From an uncultured archaeon (GTDB lineage: Archaea > Micrarchaeota > Micrarchaeia > Micrarchaeales > CABMGC01), in contig CAWHMC010000015.1 of NCBI GenBank assembly GCA_963830445.1, positions 3,999-67,998 of the forward strand: 64,000 bases of DNA, in the 5' to 3' direction. Position 1 is the first letter of the stretch, and each line of letters begins with the position of its first letter. The position numbers and the translations under genes are program-made. Shown here piece by piece: positions 17,869 to 27,771 of the stretch. Below the pieces are notes generated by a model, which was not told the origin of the DNA, ran no database searches, and worked only from the letters and a program-made list of their open reading frames with translations.

Positions 17869-19890
17869 ATGATTGAAAGCGTTATTAAAAGAGACGGCAC
17901 GATAGTGCCCTTCAACAAGCAAAAGGTAGAGAGCGCGATACTGCGGGCGATGCAAGCCATCGGCCTGGATCTCACCGCGAACGCCAAAGCTGCCGTCGAC
18001 ATAACCGAGAATGTGGTGCAGGCTCTGGACAAGGACGGGAAGAAGCGCGCATCCGTGGAGCACATCCAGGACTGCGTGGAGAGTGCACTCGTCGCGACCG
18101 GCAACACGCCGCTCGTCAAGTCCTACATGCTCTACAGGAAGCAGCACGCGGACCTCCGCGATGCGACCTCGATCCTTGAAGACATAAAGCTGATAGAGAG
18201 CTACGTCGACCGCAAGGACTGGCTCGTCAAGGAGAACGCGAACATGGACTACTCCATACAGGGCCTCAACAACTACCTCAACTCGCGCATCATCTCCGAG
18301 TACTGGCTCAACAAGGTCTTCCCGAAGGAGGTGCGCAACGCGCACGTCAGCGGCGATTTCCACATACACAACCTGAACTTCCTGGGCCCCTACTGCGTGG
18401 GCTGGGACCTGCGCGACCTTCTGCTAAGGGGCTTCTGCGGCGCCAGCGGAAAGATCGCCTCAAAGCCCGCGAAGCACCTGCGCACGGCGCTGATGCAGAT
18501 CGTCAATTTCTTCTACACCCTGCAGGGCGAGAGCGCAGGAGCACAGGCGTTCTCCAACTTCGACACCTACCTCGCCCCGTTCATCCGCTACGACAAGCTG
18601 GACTACGAGGGAGTGAAGCAGGCGATGCAGGAGTTCCTATTCAACATGAACGTGCCCACCCGCGTGGGCTTCCAGACCCCCTTCACCAACCTTACCCTGG
18701 ACCTTAAGGTGCCGGAGTTCATGAGAAACGAGGCAGCCATAATCGGCGGGAAGCCGGCGGCTGAGCCCTATGGAGACTTCCAGAAGGAGATGGACATGCT
18801 GAACATGGCGTTCGCCGAGGTCCTTTCCGAAGGCGATGCTGTGGGCCGGGTCTTCACGTTCCCCATCCCTACCTACAACATAACCAAGGACTTCGAGTGG
18901 GAGAATCCGGCCTACCTGCCCATCTGGAAGATGACGGCGAAATACGGGATCCCCTACTTCTCAAACTTCATAAACAGCGACATGAAGCCGGAGGACGCGC
19001 GCAGCATGTGCTGCCGGCTGAGGATCGACAACCGCGAGCTCAAGAAGCGCGGCGGCGGCCTCTTCGGCGCGAATCCGCTGACCGGATCCATCGGCGTCTT
19101 CACCATAAACATGCCGCGCATCGGCTACCTCTCCAAGACCGAGGAGGCGTTCTTTGAGAGGCTCGGCGCAGTGATGGACCTGGCCAAGGAAGGGCTTGAG
19201 GTGAAGCGCAAGACCATAGAGAAGTTCACCGAGATCGGCCTCTATCCCTACTCAAAGTTCTACCTGGCCGAGATAAAGCACCGCTTCGGCGGCTACTGGA
19301 AGAACCACTTCGCCACCATAGGCCTGGTGGGGATGAACGAGGCGTGCACCAACTTCCTGGGGAAGGACATAACCACTCCCGAAGGCAAGGCGTTCGCGCT
19401 CAAGGTATTGGACTTCATGAGGGACAGGCTCGAGACCTACCAGAACGAGACGAACAGCATCTACAACCTGGAGGCGACCCCCGCGGAAAGCACAGCCTAC
19501 TCCCTCGCACGCCACGACAAGAAGAAGTTCAACGAGATACTGGTCGCGAACGAGGAGGAGTACAAGCACGGCGCCTCTCCCTACTACACCAACTCATCCC
19601 ACGTTCCAGTCGGCTACACCGACGACCTGTTCATGCTGCTGAAACAGCAGGACGAGCTCCAGACGCGCTACACCGGCGGCACGGTCATCCACGCCTTCCT
19701 CGGCGAAGCGATGGTCGACCCGATCGCGACGCGACAGCTGGTCCGCAGCATCGCGGAAAACTTCCGCCTGCCTTATTATACTATAACACCGACGTTCAGC
19801 GTCTGCCCGACGCACGGTTACATCTCCGGAGCGCACGAGTACTGCCCGAAGTGCGACCAGGCGATCCTGAACCGGGTAGTCAAACAGTGA
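17869..19890 (+). CDS. nrdD: Class III ribonucleotide reductase large chain with ATP cone
   Basis: VIKRDG ATP cone, SMCCRL finger loop, YNLEATPAE, YTNS, YTGG, CPTH..CPKC; lacks the glycyl-radical loop. Confidence 0.93.
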   Translation: MIESVIKRDGTIVPFNKQKVESAILRAMQAIGLDLTANAKAAVDITENVVQALDKDGKKRASVEHIQDCVESALVATGNTPLVKSYMLYRKQHADLRDATSILEDIKLIESYVDRKDWLVKENANMDYSIQGLNNYLNSRIISEYWLNKVFPKEVRNAHVSGDFHIHNLNFLGPYCVGWDLRDLLLRGFCGASGKIASKPAKHLRTALMQIVNFFYTLQGESAGAQAFSNFDTYLAPFIRYDKLDYEGVKQAMQEFLFNMNVPTRVGFQTPFTNLTLDLKVPEFMRNEAAIIGGKPAAEPYGDFQKEMDMLNMAFAEVLSEGDAVGRVFTFPIPTYNITKDFEWENPAYLPIWKMTAKYGIPYFSNFINSDMKPEDARSMCCRLRIDNRELKKRGGGLFGANPLTGSIGVFTINMPRIGYLSKTEEAFFERLGAVMDLAKEGLEVKRKTIEKFTEIGLYPYSKFYLAEIKHRFGGYWKNHFATIGLVGMNEACTNFLGKDITTPEGKAFALKVLDFMRDRLETYQNETNSIYNLEATPAESTAYSLARHDKKKFNEILVANEEEYKHGASPYYTNSSHVPVGYTDDLFMLLKQQDELQTRYTGGTVIHAFLGEAMVDPIATRQLVRSIAENFRLPYYTITPTFSVCPTHGYISGAHEYCPKCDQAILNRVVKQ

Positions 19891-19914
19891 GTATGATATT
19901 ATAAAAGTGATTAA

Positions 19915-20106
19915 ATGAAGCAAGAAACTGTGGAACTTGAACTGGAGAAGACCAGCGTGCTGCTGAAGGAGCACGAGTCGGAACGCACGCACTGCGAGGT
20001 CTACTCGCGGATTGTGGGTTACCTTCGCCCGGTGAGCCAGTGGAATGCCGGCAAGCAGGCAGAGTTCAAGGACCGCAAGACCTACAACAACACGCAGGGC
20101 GTCTGA
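19915..20106 (+). CDS. Stand-alone NrdD glycyl-radical domain
   Basis: CEVYSRIVGYLRPVSQWNAGKQAEF. Confidence 0.85.
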   Translation: MKQETVELELEKTSVLLKEHESERTHCEVYSRIVGYLRPVSQWNAGKQAEFKDRKTYNNTQGV

Positions 20107-20119
20107 ACCGGGTAATGGA

Positions 20120-20833
20120 ATGGAGATTGCGGGCTTCCAGCGCGTAAGCCTGATCGACTATCCGGGCCGCATGGCCACGCTGCTCTTTGTCACGGGCTGC
20201 AACATGCGCTGTCCCTTTTGCCACAACGCGGACCTGGTCCTGAAGAACTACAAGAAGCTTACCGTTTATCCGGAGCAGGAAGTGCTGCAGAAGCTGAAGG
20301 AGAGCAAGGCGTTCGTGGATGCGGTGCAGATAAGCGGGGGCGAGCCGACCCTCTGGAGCGACCTGCCCCAGTTCATCAGGAAGTGCAAGAAGCTGGGCTT
20401 CTCCGTGAAGCTCGACACCAACGGGACCAACCCGGCCATGGTGGAGAAGCTGCTGAAGGAGAAGCAGCTGGACTACGTCGCCATGGATATCAAGGCGCCT
20501 CTCAACAACGAGCGCTACTCCAAGTCCATAGGCGTCAAGAGCGACGCTCTCCTGGAAAAGATAAACCAGACCATAGATCTGCTGCTCAATTCAAAGATAG
20601 ACTACGAGTTCCGCACCACCCTGGTCCCGGGCCTGGTCTCGGTTAGCGACGTGATGGACATCGCCGTCCGCATACGGAACGCCAACGCCTATTACCTTCA
20701 GCAGTTCAAGTCCGCGAACACCCTGGATCCCGCGCTCCGCAGGGTGGAGCCCTACTGGAACGAGGTGCTCTACGAGCTGCGTGAGAAGATAGTCAAGCAG
20801 AACCTGGTCAAGAAGTGCGAAGTGCGCGCCTGA
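20120..20833 (+). CDS. nrdG: Class III RNR activating radical-SAM enzyme
   Basis: SLIDYPG, GCNMRCPFCHN, SGGEPT, KLDTNG, YEFRTT. Confidence 0.92.
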   Translation: MEIAGFQRVSLIDYPGRMATLLFVTGCNMRCPFCHNADLVLKNYKKLTVYPEQEVLQKLKESKAFVDAVQISGGEPTLWSDLPQFIRKCKKLGFSVKLDTNGTNPAMVEKLLKEKQLDYVAMDIKAPLNNERYSKSIGVKSDALLEKINQTIDLLLNSKIDYEFRTTLVPGLVSVSDVMDIAVRIRNANAYYLQQFKSANTLDPALRRVEPYWNEVLYELREKIVKQNLVKKCEVRA

Positions 20834-20873
20834 AAAATATAAATATCAGGGGAAATCAAGAGTAAGTGTTACC

Positions 20874-21467
20874 ATGGCAGTCAAAGAGAGGACGCAAACA
20901 ACACAGACGCCCAGGGTCAGCACCATCCCAGAGTTTCATGAACTGCTGAAAGTGCAGGGGAGTAAACTTAAAGAATTTTTCCTCGGGGATATCCTATTCC
21001 GCCGGCGCAGGAATCGCAACGGCACCGATCCCGGCTTCGTCGCACGGGGCGCGGATCTTGCGGATACGGTTACCGTACGCTACGGGGCCCTGGTATTTCC
21101 AGGAGCAAAGCTAGAGAACTACGTGGTAGTAGACAAGTTTTCCGTAGTCCACGGCAACACGCTTCTCGAAACGGGCGTCAGACTGGGTGAGCACTCAGAG
21201 GTTCACCCCCACACCATAATCAGGACCGGCGTGCTGGTCAGAGACCTGGCCTACATATACGGCGGCACTGCGAACAAGCCCACCACCATCGGAGACTGGA
21301 CGGTCGTCGGCTACGGCGCGAATGTGGGGAAGAGCACGACCACCGGAAAGGGCGTGAAGATCGGGAGGGGCGCGCACGTAACCGATTGCGCAAGGGTGCC
21401 AGACGGGCAGAAGATTAACGACGCGCAGACGTTCTCAGAGACCGAGCTCAAGAATGCAGCGCGCTAG
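20874..21467 (+). CDS. Left-handed beta-helix (hexapeptide repeat) protein
   Basis: Hexapeptide periodicity (TTIGDWTVVGYGANVG..VKIGRGAHV); TAAATATC at 20840. Confidence 0.7.
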   Translation: MAVKERTQTTQTPRVSTIPEFHELLKVQGSKLKEFFLGDILFRRRRNRNGTDPGFVARGADLADTVTVRYGALVFPGAKLENYVVVDKFSVVHGNTLLETGVRLGEHSEVHPHTIIRTGVLVRDLAYIYGGTANKPTTIGDWTVVGYGANVGKSTTTGKGVKIGRGAHVTDCARVPDGQKINDAQTFSETELKNAAR

Positions 21468-21474
21468 CTGCGGA

Positions 21475-22149
21475 TCACAGACGGTTCTGCAAACCCGAGA
21501 GGAACTTCTCCACATGATCAAGCATCGTCTTCAACGCCTCCAGCGAATTCTTATAATCGTCCTCCATCTCCAGGCTGTGGTCGGCACCATCGAAGACCAG
21601 CACCTGCGCATCCAGCGACTTCGCGATGCTGTCAAGATTGTCCTTGTTGAAGTGCGGGTCACCCGAACCCGTGACGAAAAGGGACTTCACGTTCGTTGCG
21701 TTGGCTTCTATGCTCCTCAGCAGTTCCGTGTCGTTAAGCAGAGGCGTCAGCCAGATTACGTGGGAGACCTTCCCGGCCCGCCCCGACTCGAGCAGCTTTG
21801 CGGCTCCGGTTGTGCCCAGCGACTTCCCGACCAGCACAACCGAGCTGTACTTCTGGTGCTTCATCAGCGCCGCATAGGCCTCCTCTACGTCTGAACGCAG
21901 CCACCGCTCCAGTTCGGCTTCGCCGGTCTCTGCGCCCGCCCGCTTGTTGTAGGAGTAGTCGACGCACAGCACATCGTATCCCTTCTGCAGGAGCAGCTGG
22001 GCGGTGTAGAAAAGCAGCGGCATCTCGCAGCTGTAGCCCAGGCCCGGGAAGACCATGGCCGCCTTCTCGCTCCCCTGCCGGCTGTAGAAGGTGTTCGGCA
22101 GCTGGCGCTCCCTGTACCCGAAGATGCTCAATTTGCCGATCTCGTACAT
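21475..22149 (-). CDS. Alpha/beta hydrolase
   Basis: FPGLGY, GKSLGT nucleophile elbow, GSGDP, GADHSL. Confidence 0.85.
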   Translation of the reverse strand: MYEIGKLSIFGYRERQLPNTFYSRQGSEKAAMVFPGLGYSCEMPLLFYTAQLLLQKGYDVLCVDYSYNKRAGAETGEAELERWLRSDVEEAYAALMKHQKYSSVVLVGKSLGTTGAAKLLESGRAGKVSHVIWLTPLLNDTELLRSIEANATNVKSLFVTGSGDPHFNKDNLDSIAKSLDAQVLVFDGADHSLEMEDDYKNSLEALKTMLDHVEKFLSGLQNRL

Positions 22150-22215
22150 GCATTCACCTACGTTATGACCAACAGCACTCTTTTATGTTTTTCTTGGCTA
22201 CTCGTATTGAGTCCC

Positions 22216-23714
22216 ATGGACCGCTCGAAGCTCTCAATAATAGTGCTACTCCTGCTCGTGGCGATCGTCGGCATCGCCTACTTCGCGGGGGTGCAGAACG
22301 TGCGCGTCGGCCAGCGCAGCGTGCAGACCGTCTCGGTGCAGGTCACCGACCCGCTGTACGCACCCAGCACGGTGACCGGGCTCAACCTGACCTACACCTC
22401 TGTCGGGATCCACTTCACCAGCGGCAACTTCAGCGGCTGGGCGTATTACAACGCGACCGGGATCCTTGACCTGATGCAGCTGCAGAACTACACCTACACC
22501 CTGGCCCAGTTCGCGGTACCCTACAACGCCACGGTGGACCAGGCCGAGCTCGACACCGTGTACTCGAACCTCACCACTGGGCACACGGCGCAGCAGTCAT
22601 TCATAATCGCGGGCCATCTCTACACCCACGTGAACAACACGCGCGTCACGGACAACAACTCGACGGTGCTGTTGGACCTCAGCCCCACGATCATACCTGT
22701 TGTTAACCAGACGACGCTCTACTTCGGCGTCAGGCCAGAGCTCTCAGCGGCATCGATCCAGAGCAACGTCCAGATGATCGGCACCGTGGCTCCGATCAAC
22801 TCCACCGCCAAGGGCATCTTCCGCAGGGCGCCATCGAACCTTACCATAACATCGGCGAGCATTACCGAATCAGGCAATCGCACGCGCATCAGCATAACCC
22901 TGAGCAACAACGGGAGCTCTCAGCAGACTGTAGAAGGGATGGTTGTGCTCGGCAACTTCACAGTCCAGAGCGGGATAACCAACGCCTCCATACTGCAGGG
23001 CATAACCAGCGCAGTGGCGAACTCCAACACCCTGCAGCGCGTCCTTCCGGCGAACCTCACAAGCCAGATAAGCAGCACCACAGCGAACAGCTCCGGCATA
23101 CTCGGCAGCATCGGCTCCATATTCAACAAGTCCGGATTCCTCTCCTCCCTCTCCGGAAAGGTGGGCGGAGCGATCTCGAACATCTCCTCCACATTGCACC
23201 TCCCATCGGTCATCAACCTCAACAGCTCGCTCACTTCGCTCAACGCAAGCTCCTACAGGAGCGTGCTCATCCAGACGCTCTCCAACGCGACCCATGGGCG
23301 CCTCACCACTTCCTACCTCTCCAACCAGACCGTCGGCGGACTCTCCTCCATAGTGAACAACCTGGGCGGGATAGGCAACAGCTCCCTAGAAGGGAACCTG
23401 GCCGTGAGCCTGGTGAAGAGCGAGTACAATCAGTACGTCAACCGCACCCTGGTCTTCAGCTCACAGGTGCGGAAGCTAGGGCCGTCGGCCTCATCGCGCA
23501 GAAGAACGGGGGCCTGGCCGTGCCCACCCCTGCCCAGCTCGCCCGCGGCTCGTCGGGATATGTGCTCTCCGCCCATCAGACCGCCACACTCACGTTCAAC
23601 GGGACCCTGAGCTCCGACGGGATCAACTCCTTCCTGGCGCTGCACAACAATACATATAAAATAATTGTCAGTGGAGATAATAATGCCGCACTAGCGACAG
23701 TGCGCGCCAACTGA
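22216..23714 (+). CDS. DUF4382-like membrane-anchored surface protein (frameshift near 23475)
   Basis: N-terminal TM, VQVTDP..LNLTY, LLDLSPT, many NxS/T; C-terminus continues in the 23520-23714 frame and matches the 26273 paralog. Confidence 0.7.
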
Positions 23715-23783
23715 TGGTGCATCAAATGGGATTAATGGATCTATTCGGGGAAGAAGAATGTAGCAGATGACCTTTCGAAGCGC

Positions 23784-24140
23784 ATGCCGTTCACCATAAA
23801 GACGGAGTTCGTGCCCTACCGGCTCAAATCGCGGGAGAGCAGCACGGTGACGCTGAACGTTGGGCTGAAGAACATAACCAACGAGGCGGTGCTCGGTTCC
23901 CTGGTGATCGAGGTGCCCAGGCAACTCAGCTTCGACATGACCGGCACGGCCAAGCAGAAGGAGGTAAGGCTGGGCACCATAGCACCCAACGCGGAGAAGT
24001 TCTCCTCCATAGACATCCACGGAGGCCTCGGCACGGACAAGGGCACCTACACCATGACGCTGACCGCATTCGTGCACTACCGCGACTACGGCCATGTGCT
24101 CAACGAGATGCGCAAGCGCACGGTCATCGAGGCCGTTTGA
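23784..24140 (+). CDS. Hypothetical Ig-like beta-sandwich protein
   Basis: Alternating beta pattern (LGTIAPNAEK, GTYTMTLTAF); host-like codons. Confidence 0.65.
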   Translation: MPFTIKTEFVPYRLKSRESSTVTLNVGLKNITNEAVLGSLVIEVPRQLSFDMTGTAKQKEVRLGTIAPNAEKFSSIDIHGGLGTDKGTYTMTLTAFVHYRDYGHVLNEMRKRTVIEAV

Positions 24141-24172
24141 TCCAGAGTCAGGGATAAAAAAGGAGACCTGAC

Positions 24173-24557
24173 CTATTTTCGCAGCACAGAGACCAGTTTC
24201 TCGAGCGCTTCGTCGGTTGATGTTCTAATTGTAGTTTCCAGCTTCCTAAGCTGGACGGACTCAGCAATATGATTCAGGCCCAGGCCGCCACAGGATGCGC
24301 TGGCGACCCAAAGCCACCGGGCAGCCTCGTTATCCCCGAATACCATCGCCGCACCGGCAAACGCCACTCCAGCGGCCAAAAAAGAGCGATCCGTAGATCC
24401 TATTGCCTGCGGTAAAATCGTCGAGCTTCTTGTAGAACTCCTGCCTATTCTGGTCTCCCATCAGGCTCATGGGCCCGCCGCGGTAGGGGAGCGCATCCCT
24501 CCTGCTGGCATCCAGAAACGTCTGTATTATATTTGCCTTTCTGTGTTGGGTTATCAT
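24173..24557 (-). CDS. Orphan two-TM protein, probably one frameshifted gene
   Basis: Two overlapping ORFs joinable near 24380; TATATATC box about 36 nt upstream. Confidence 0.4.
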
Positions 24558-24692
24558 CCTGCCACAATATCCTTACCGAATTCCTGATATATAAAATCGA
24601 CGATTCAAGTCCAAAATCATTGCAGTGGACATATGCCTACAACATGTCAAGATTGCCTTTTTGTAGCCCTATAACTATCTACCGCACCCGTT

Positions 24693-25049
24693 TCACGGTG
24701 CAGGCTGGGTTGGCGGCTGTGCTGCAGGTGTAGGTTGTGCGGGCGCCTGTGCAGGCGCCCCGGCCTCCGGCACCTTTATCTGCCCTGTGACTATCCCTAC
24801 CACTTCGTTGACGTTCTTCGCGATCCTCTTCCCTTTCTCAGTAAGTTTTAGACTCTTGCTCTTCCCGTGCCTCTCCGACTCCACTATCCCCGCCTTCTCG
24901 CACTCGCTGATGAACCGGCTGGTGTGGACATAGGTCGCCCCCGCCTGCTTCGCCAGCTCGTTCAGGTGCCACTCCTTCCCCTCCGTGCTGAGCAGCATCA
25001 GTATCTTTGCCTGCTTTTCCTTGAAAAGGAGCTTCGGAGGGACGTCCAT
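24693..25049 (-). CDS. Winged-helix (MarR-like) DNA-binding protein
   Basis: ELAKQAGATYVHTS..GIVESERHGK..LKLTEKG; Pro/Ala/Gln tail. Confidence 0.8.
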   Translation of the reverse strand: MDVPPKLLFKEKQAKILMLLSTEGKEWHLNELAKQAGATYVHTSRFISECEKAGIVESERHGKSKSLKLTEKGKRIAKNVNEVVGIVTGQIKVPEAGAPAQAPAQPTPAAQPPTQPAP

Positions 25050-25199
25050 GCCTATCGAATAAGCATGGAACGGCACAATTTTTATCCCTTCCCGGCATTT
25101 TTCCCGGCAAAGGCACCCGCTCCCTTCGTCAAGTTTTTCGGGGATAGATTTATAAATATACGTCATTAATATATGTTTGACCTATTGACCGGTGTGAAC

Positions 25200-25447
25200 A
25201 TGGTAAAATATATGATAGCGGAACAGCTCGTGGGCAAGGAAGTCGTAACTAACGATGGATTCGATCTCGGAAAGTTCATAGATGCTGAAGTGAGTGAGAT
25301 CAGGTAAGCTCAACTCTCTGGTAGTTGAGCCTAACGTGGACAGCGAACTGGTAAGCAAGCTTACGTCAAGGGAGGAAACTCGACCGTACAGTACGCGAGC
25401 GTCTGGCAGTGAACGACTTCATAGTCGTGGACAGGAAGGGCTTGTAA
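25200..25447 (+). CDS. PRC-barrel protein, CdpB-like (frameshifted in this sequence)
   Basis: MVKYMIAEQLVGKEVVTNDGFDLGKFID ... GKLNSLVVEP ... AVNDFIVVDRKGL across frames; absent from the ORF track. Confidence 0.7.
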
Positions 25448-25462
25448 TGTAATGGTGATTCT

Positions 25463-26164
25463 ATAATAATTGCCGGCGGAGACGAGGCCGGTCGCGGCGC
25501 AGTGATGGGTCCGCTAGTGATAGGCGCGGTCAGCATGAGCAAGGGAAAGGAGGGGAAGCTCTCGCGCATAGGCGTTCGGGACTCGAAGATGCTCACACCA
25601 AGAAGAGACGGTTCCTTTACGATGAGATCTACTCCCTGGCCGAGGAGGTCCAGGTGTACAAGATACTGCCCGCCGAGATAAACGAGGCGATGCGCAACCA
25701 CATCTCCATAAACGAGCTCGAGGCGCTGAACTTGCGCGATGATTGATACATTCACATGCGCCCACCCGCATCTTCCTGGATTCGCCGGACGTGATCTCCG
25801 ACAGGTTCGGGGTGCGGGTCAGCTTCTTCGCGAAGCGACAGCTGCTTGCGTCGGGGGTGAAGCGCACGCGAGTCAAGGGCGCAGGCCCGGCATCCCGATA
25901 ATCGCGGAGCACAAGGCGGATGCGCGCTACCCGGTCGTTTCAGCGGCCAGCATAATAGCGAAGGTGGTGCGCGACCAGGAGATTGAACGCATAACTGACA
26001 AGATAGGGATGGACATAGGCTCCGGCTACCCTTCCGATGTTTACACCATAAATGCGATACGCGCAAGCCTGGTGAACGGAAAGATGGCCCCATACCTGCG
26101 CGACTATTGGCAGACGCTGAAGAACGTGCGCCAGCTGAAGATGGACGAGTTCCTGGAAGAGTAG
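25463..26164 (+). CDS. rnhB: Ribonuclease HII (several indels)
   Basis: GGDEAGRGAVMGPL, GVRDSKML, EHKAD..YPVVSAASIIAKV.RD, GSGYPSD; start uncertain. Confidence 0.85.
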
Positions 26165-26272
26165 TCCCAAACCGCTAATTCTCCGACCACAGACCTAAAA
26201 CCGCAGCAAAACCGAATCCCAACAGAAACTATTTATAGCAGCGGATGGCATATACTGCCGTATGGTGGGATC

Positions 26273-27682
26273 ATGAGTAAGTTCGGGAAGACCAAAAAAG
26301 AGATACTCAGCCTGCTCTCCAAGCAGCAGTATACCCTAACAGACCTCAGCGCAAAGCTCGAGCTCTCCCCATCCACAATAAAGCAGCACCTGGAGGAGCT
26401 CGAATCGGCTGGCGCCATCCTGCAGGTGGAGAACGAGTTCATCCGCAGATGGAAGTACTACAAACCGAATCCTACCTTCAACCTATCGGATGTCGTGCCC
26501 GGGGTTAACAACAACGAGGCATCACGTTTCCTTCCCTACCTGGTCGGTGCGCTCGTGATGATTGCCATCGCGGGAATATACTTCAGCGGCGTTCTTTCCG
26601 GAGCTGCGGCATCAAGTCCGGGGGGTGCGAGCCTTGTCTCAGTAAGGCTGACCGACCCTCCGTTTGTGCCTCCTGGAACCACAGCACTGTACATTAATTA
26701 CTCTTCAGTGCAGCTGCACACCATCGGCACGGGCAACGCCTGGGTGCAGGGCACCGGAAGCGGCACGATAAACCTGCTCACGTTGGTCAACGCCAGCCAG
26801 GTCATAGGCGACGTGTACTTGAATCCCAACACCACTGTGGACAAGATACGTTTCAACATCACGGCCGCACGCGTAGTGATAAACGGCGTCAGCTACGAAG
26901 TCAAGGTGCCCACCGGGCAGATAACGGCACAACTGCCCGCATCTGACCAGGTAAACGCGAACGAGAGTCTGCTACTGGACTTCTCGCCAACGGTCTCACA
27001 ACTATACAACGCAAGCACCGAAACGTTCGTCATGCTGCCCTCCATAAAGGCCGCAGTCATGGACAACGAGTCGCAGGAGGCCCGGGGGCACATAGGGCAG
27101 CGCTTCACGCTCATCGGACCAGAGCGCACAACACTCTACGATGATGCAGGCCAATGTGCGATACTCAACGCGTCCGTCGCAATCCTAAACGCCTCCGCCA
27201 ACAGAATCGTGTTCACGGTGAAGAACAATGGCAACACCAGCGTCGACATAACCCACGTGCTGCTGTACGGCGCAGTACAGTCAAACTTCACCACCGCGCC
27301 CCTTGCCGATCACGAGCACCAGGGCCCGGGAACGATACTAAATATGCTTCACATGCAGGTCTTCTCGATGATGCAGGGATGGATGCCCGCGCCGCTTCCG
27401 ACGCCCGGCCGGGCCCCGATGTCGTCTTCGATGGGATCCAATGGCGTAATCATGTTCACCGTGCAGCGCAACGGCAGCATCGGCATGCCTTTCACACAGG
27501 CGGACATGCTGCAACCCGGCAACGTTCTCGCGCCCGGAGCAACCGCGACCTTCACCCTCAACCGCAACATAAGCGTCGCTGACGAGCACATGCTCGTAAG
27601 CCTGGTTCCAAACGAGTCCTACAGGCTAGTCGTGATAGGCGGGCACGGAATGGTGGCAACCGCGAACGTTACGGCAACCTAA
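26273..27682 (+). CDS. ArsR-type HTH, TM and DUF4382-like extracellular domain
   Basis: TLTDLSAKLELSPSTIKQHLEELESAG, TM near aa 86-106, VRLTDPP, LLLDFSPT. Confidence 0.8.
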   Translation: MSKFGKTKKEILSLLSKQQYTLTDLSAKLELSPSTIKQHLEELESAGAILQVENEFIRRWKYYKPNPTFNLSDVVPGVNNNEASRFLPYLVGALVMIAIAGIYFSGVLSGAAASSPGGASLVSVRLTDPPFVPPGTTALYINYSSVQLHTIGTGNAWVQGTGSGTINLLTLVNASQVIGDVYLNPNTTVDKIRFNITAARVVINGVSYEVKVPTGQITAQLPASDQVNANESLLLDFSPTVSQLYNASTETFVMLPSIKAAVMDNESQEARGHIGQRFTLIGPERTTLYDDAGQCAILNASVAILNASANRIVFTVKNNGNTSVDITHVLLYGAVQSNFTTAPLADHEHQGPGTILNMLHMQVFSMMQGWMPAPLPTPGRAPMSSSMGSNGVIMFTVQRNGSIGMPFTQADMLQPGNVLAPGATATFTLNRNISVADEHMLVSLVPNESYRLVVIGGHGMVATANVTAT

Positions 27683-27771
27683 CCCCCAATCCCATAGTAT
27701 GTTATATTGAAAGTGTCAACGCAGCAAAGAAACAGGCAACGAATTTAAATACTTCCATCCTATTTATTCCC

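Noticed and set aside
25200..25910. Pseudogenised PRC-barrel and rnhB genes
   Set aside because: Dense indels with intact catalytic motifs look like a poorly polished stretch, not decay.
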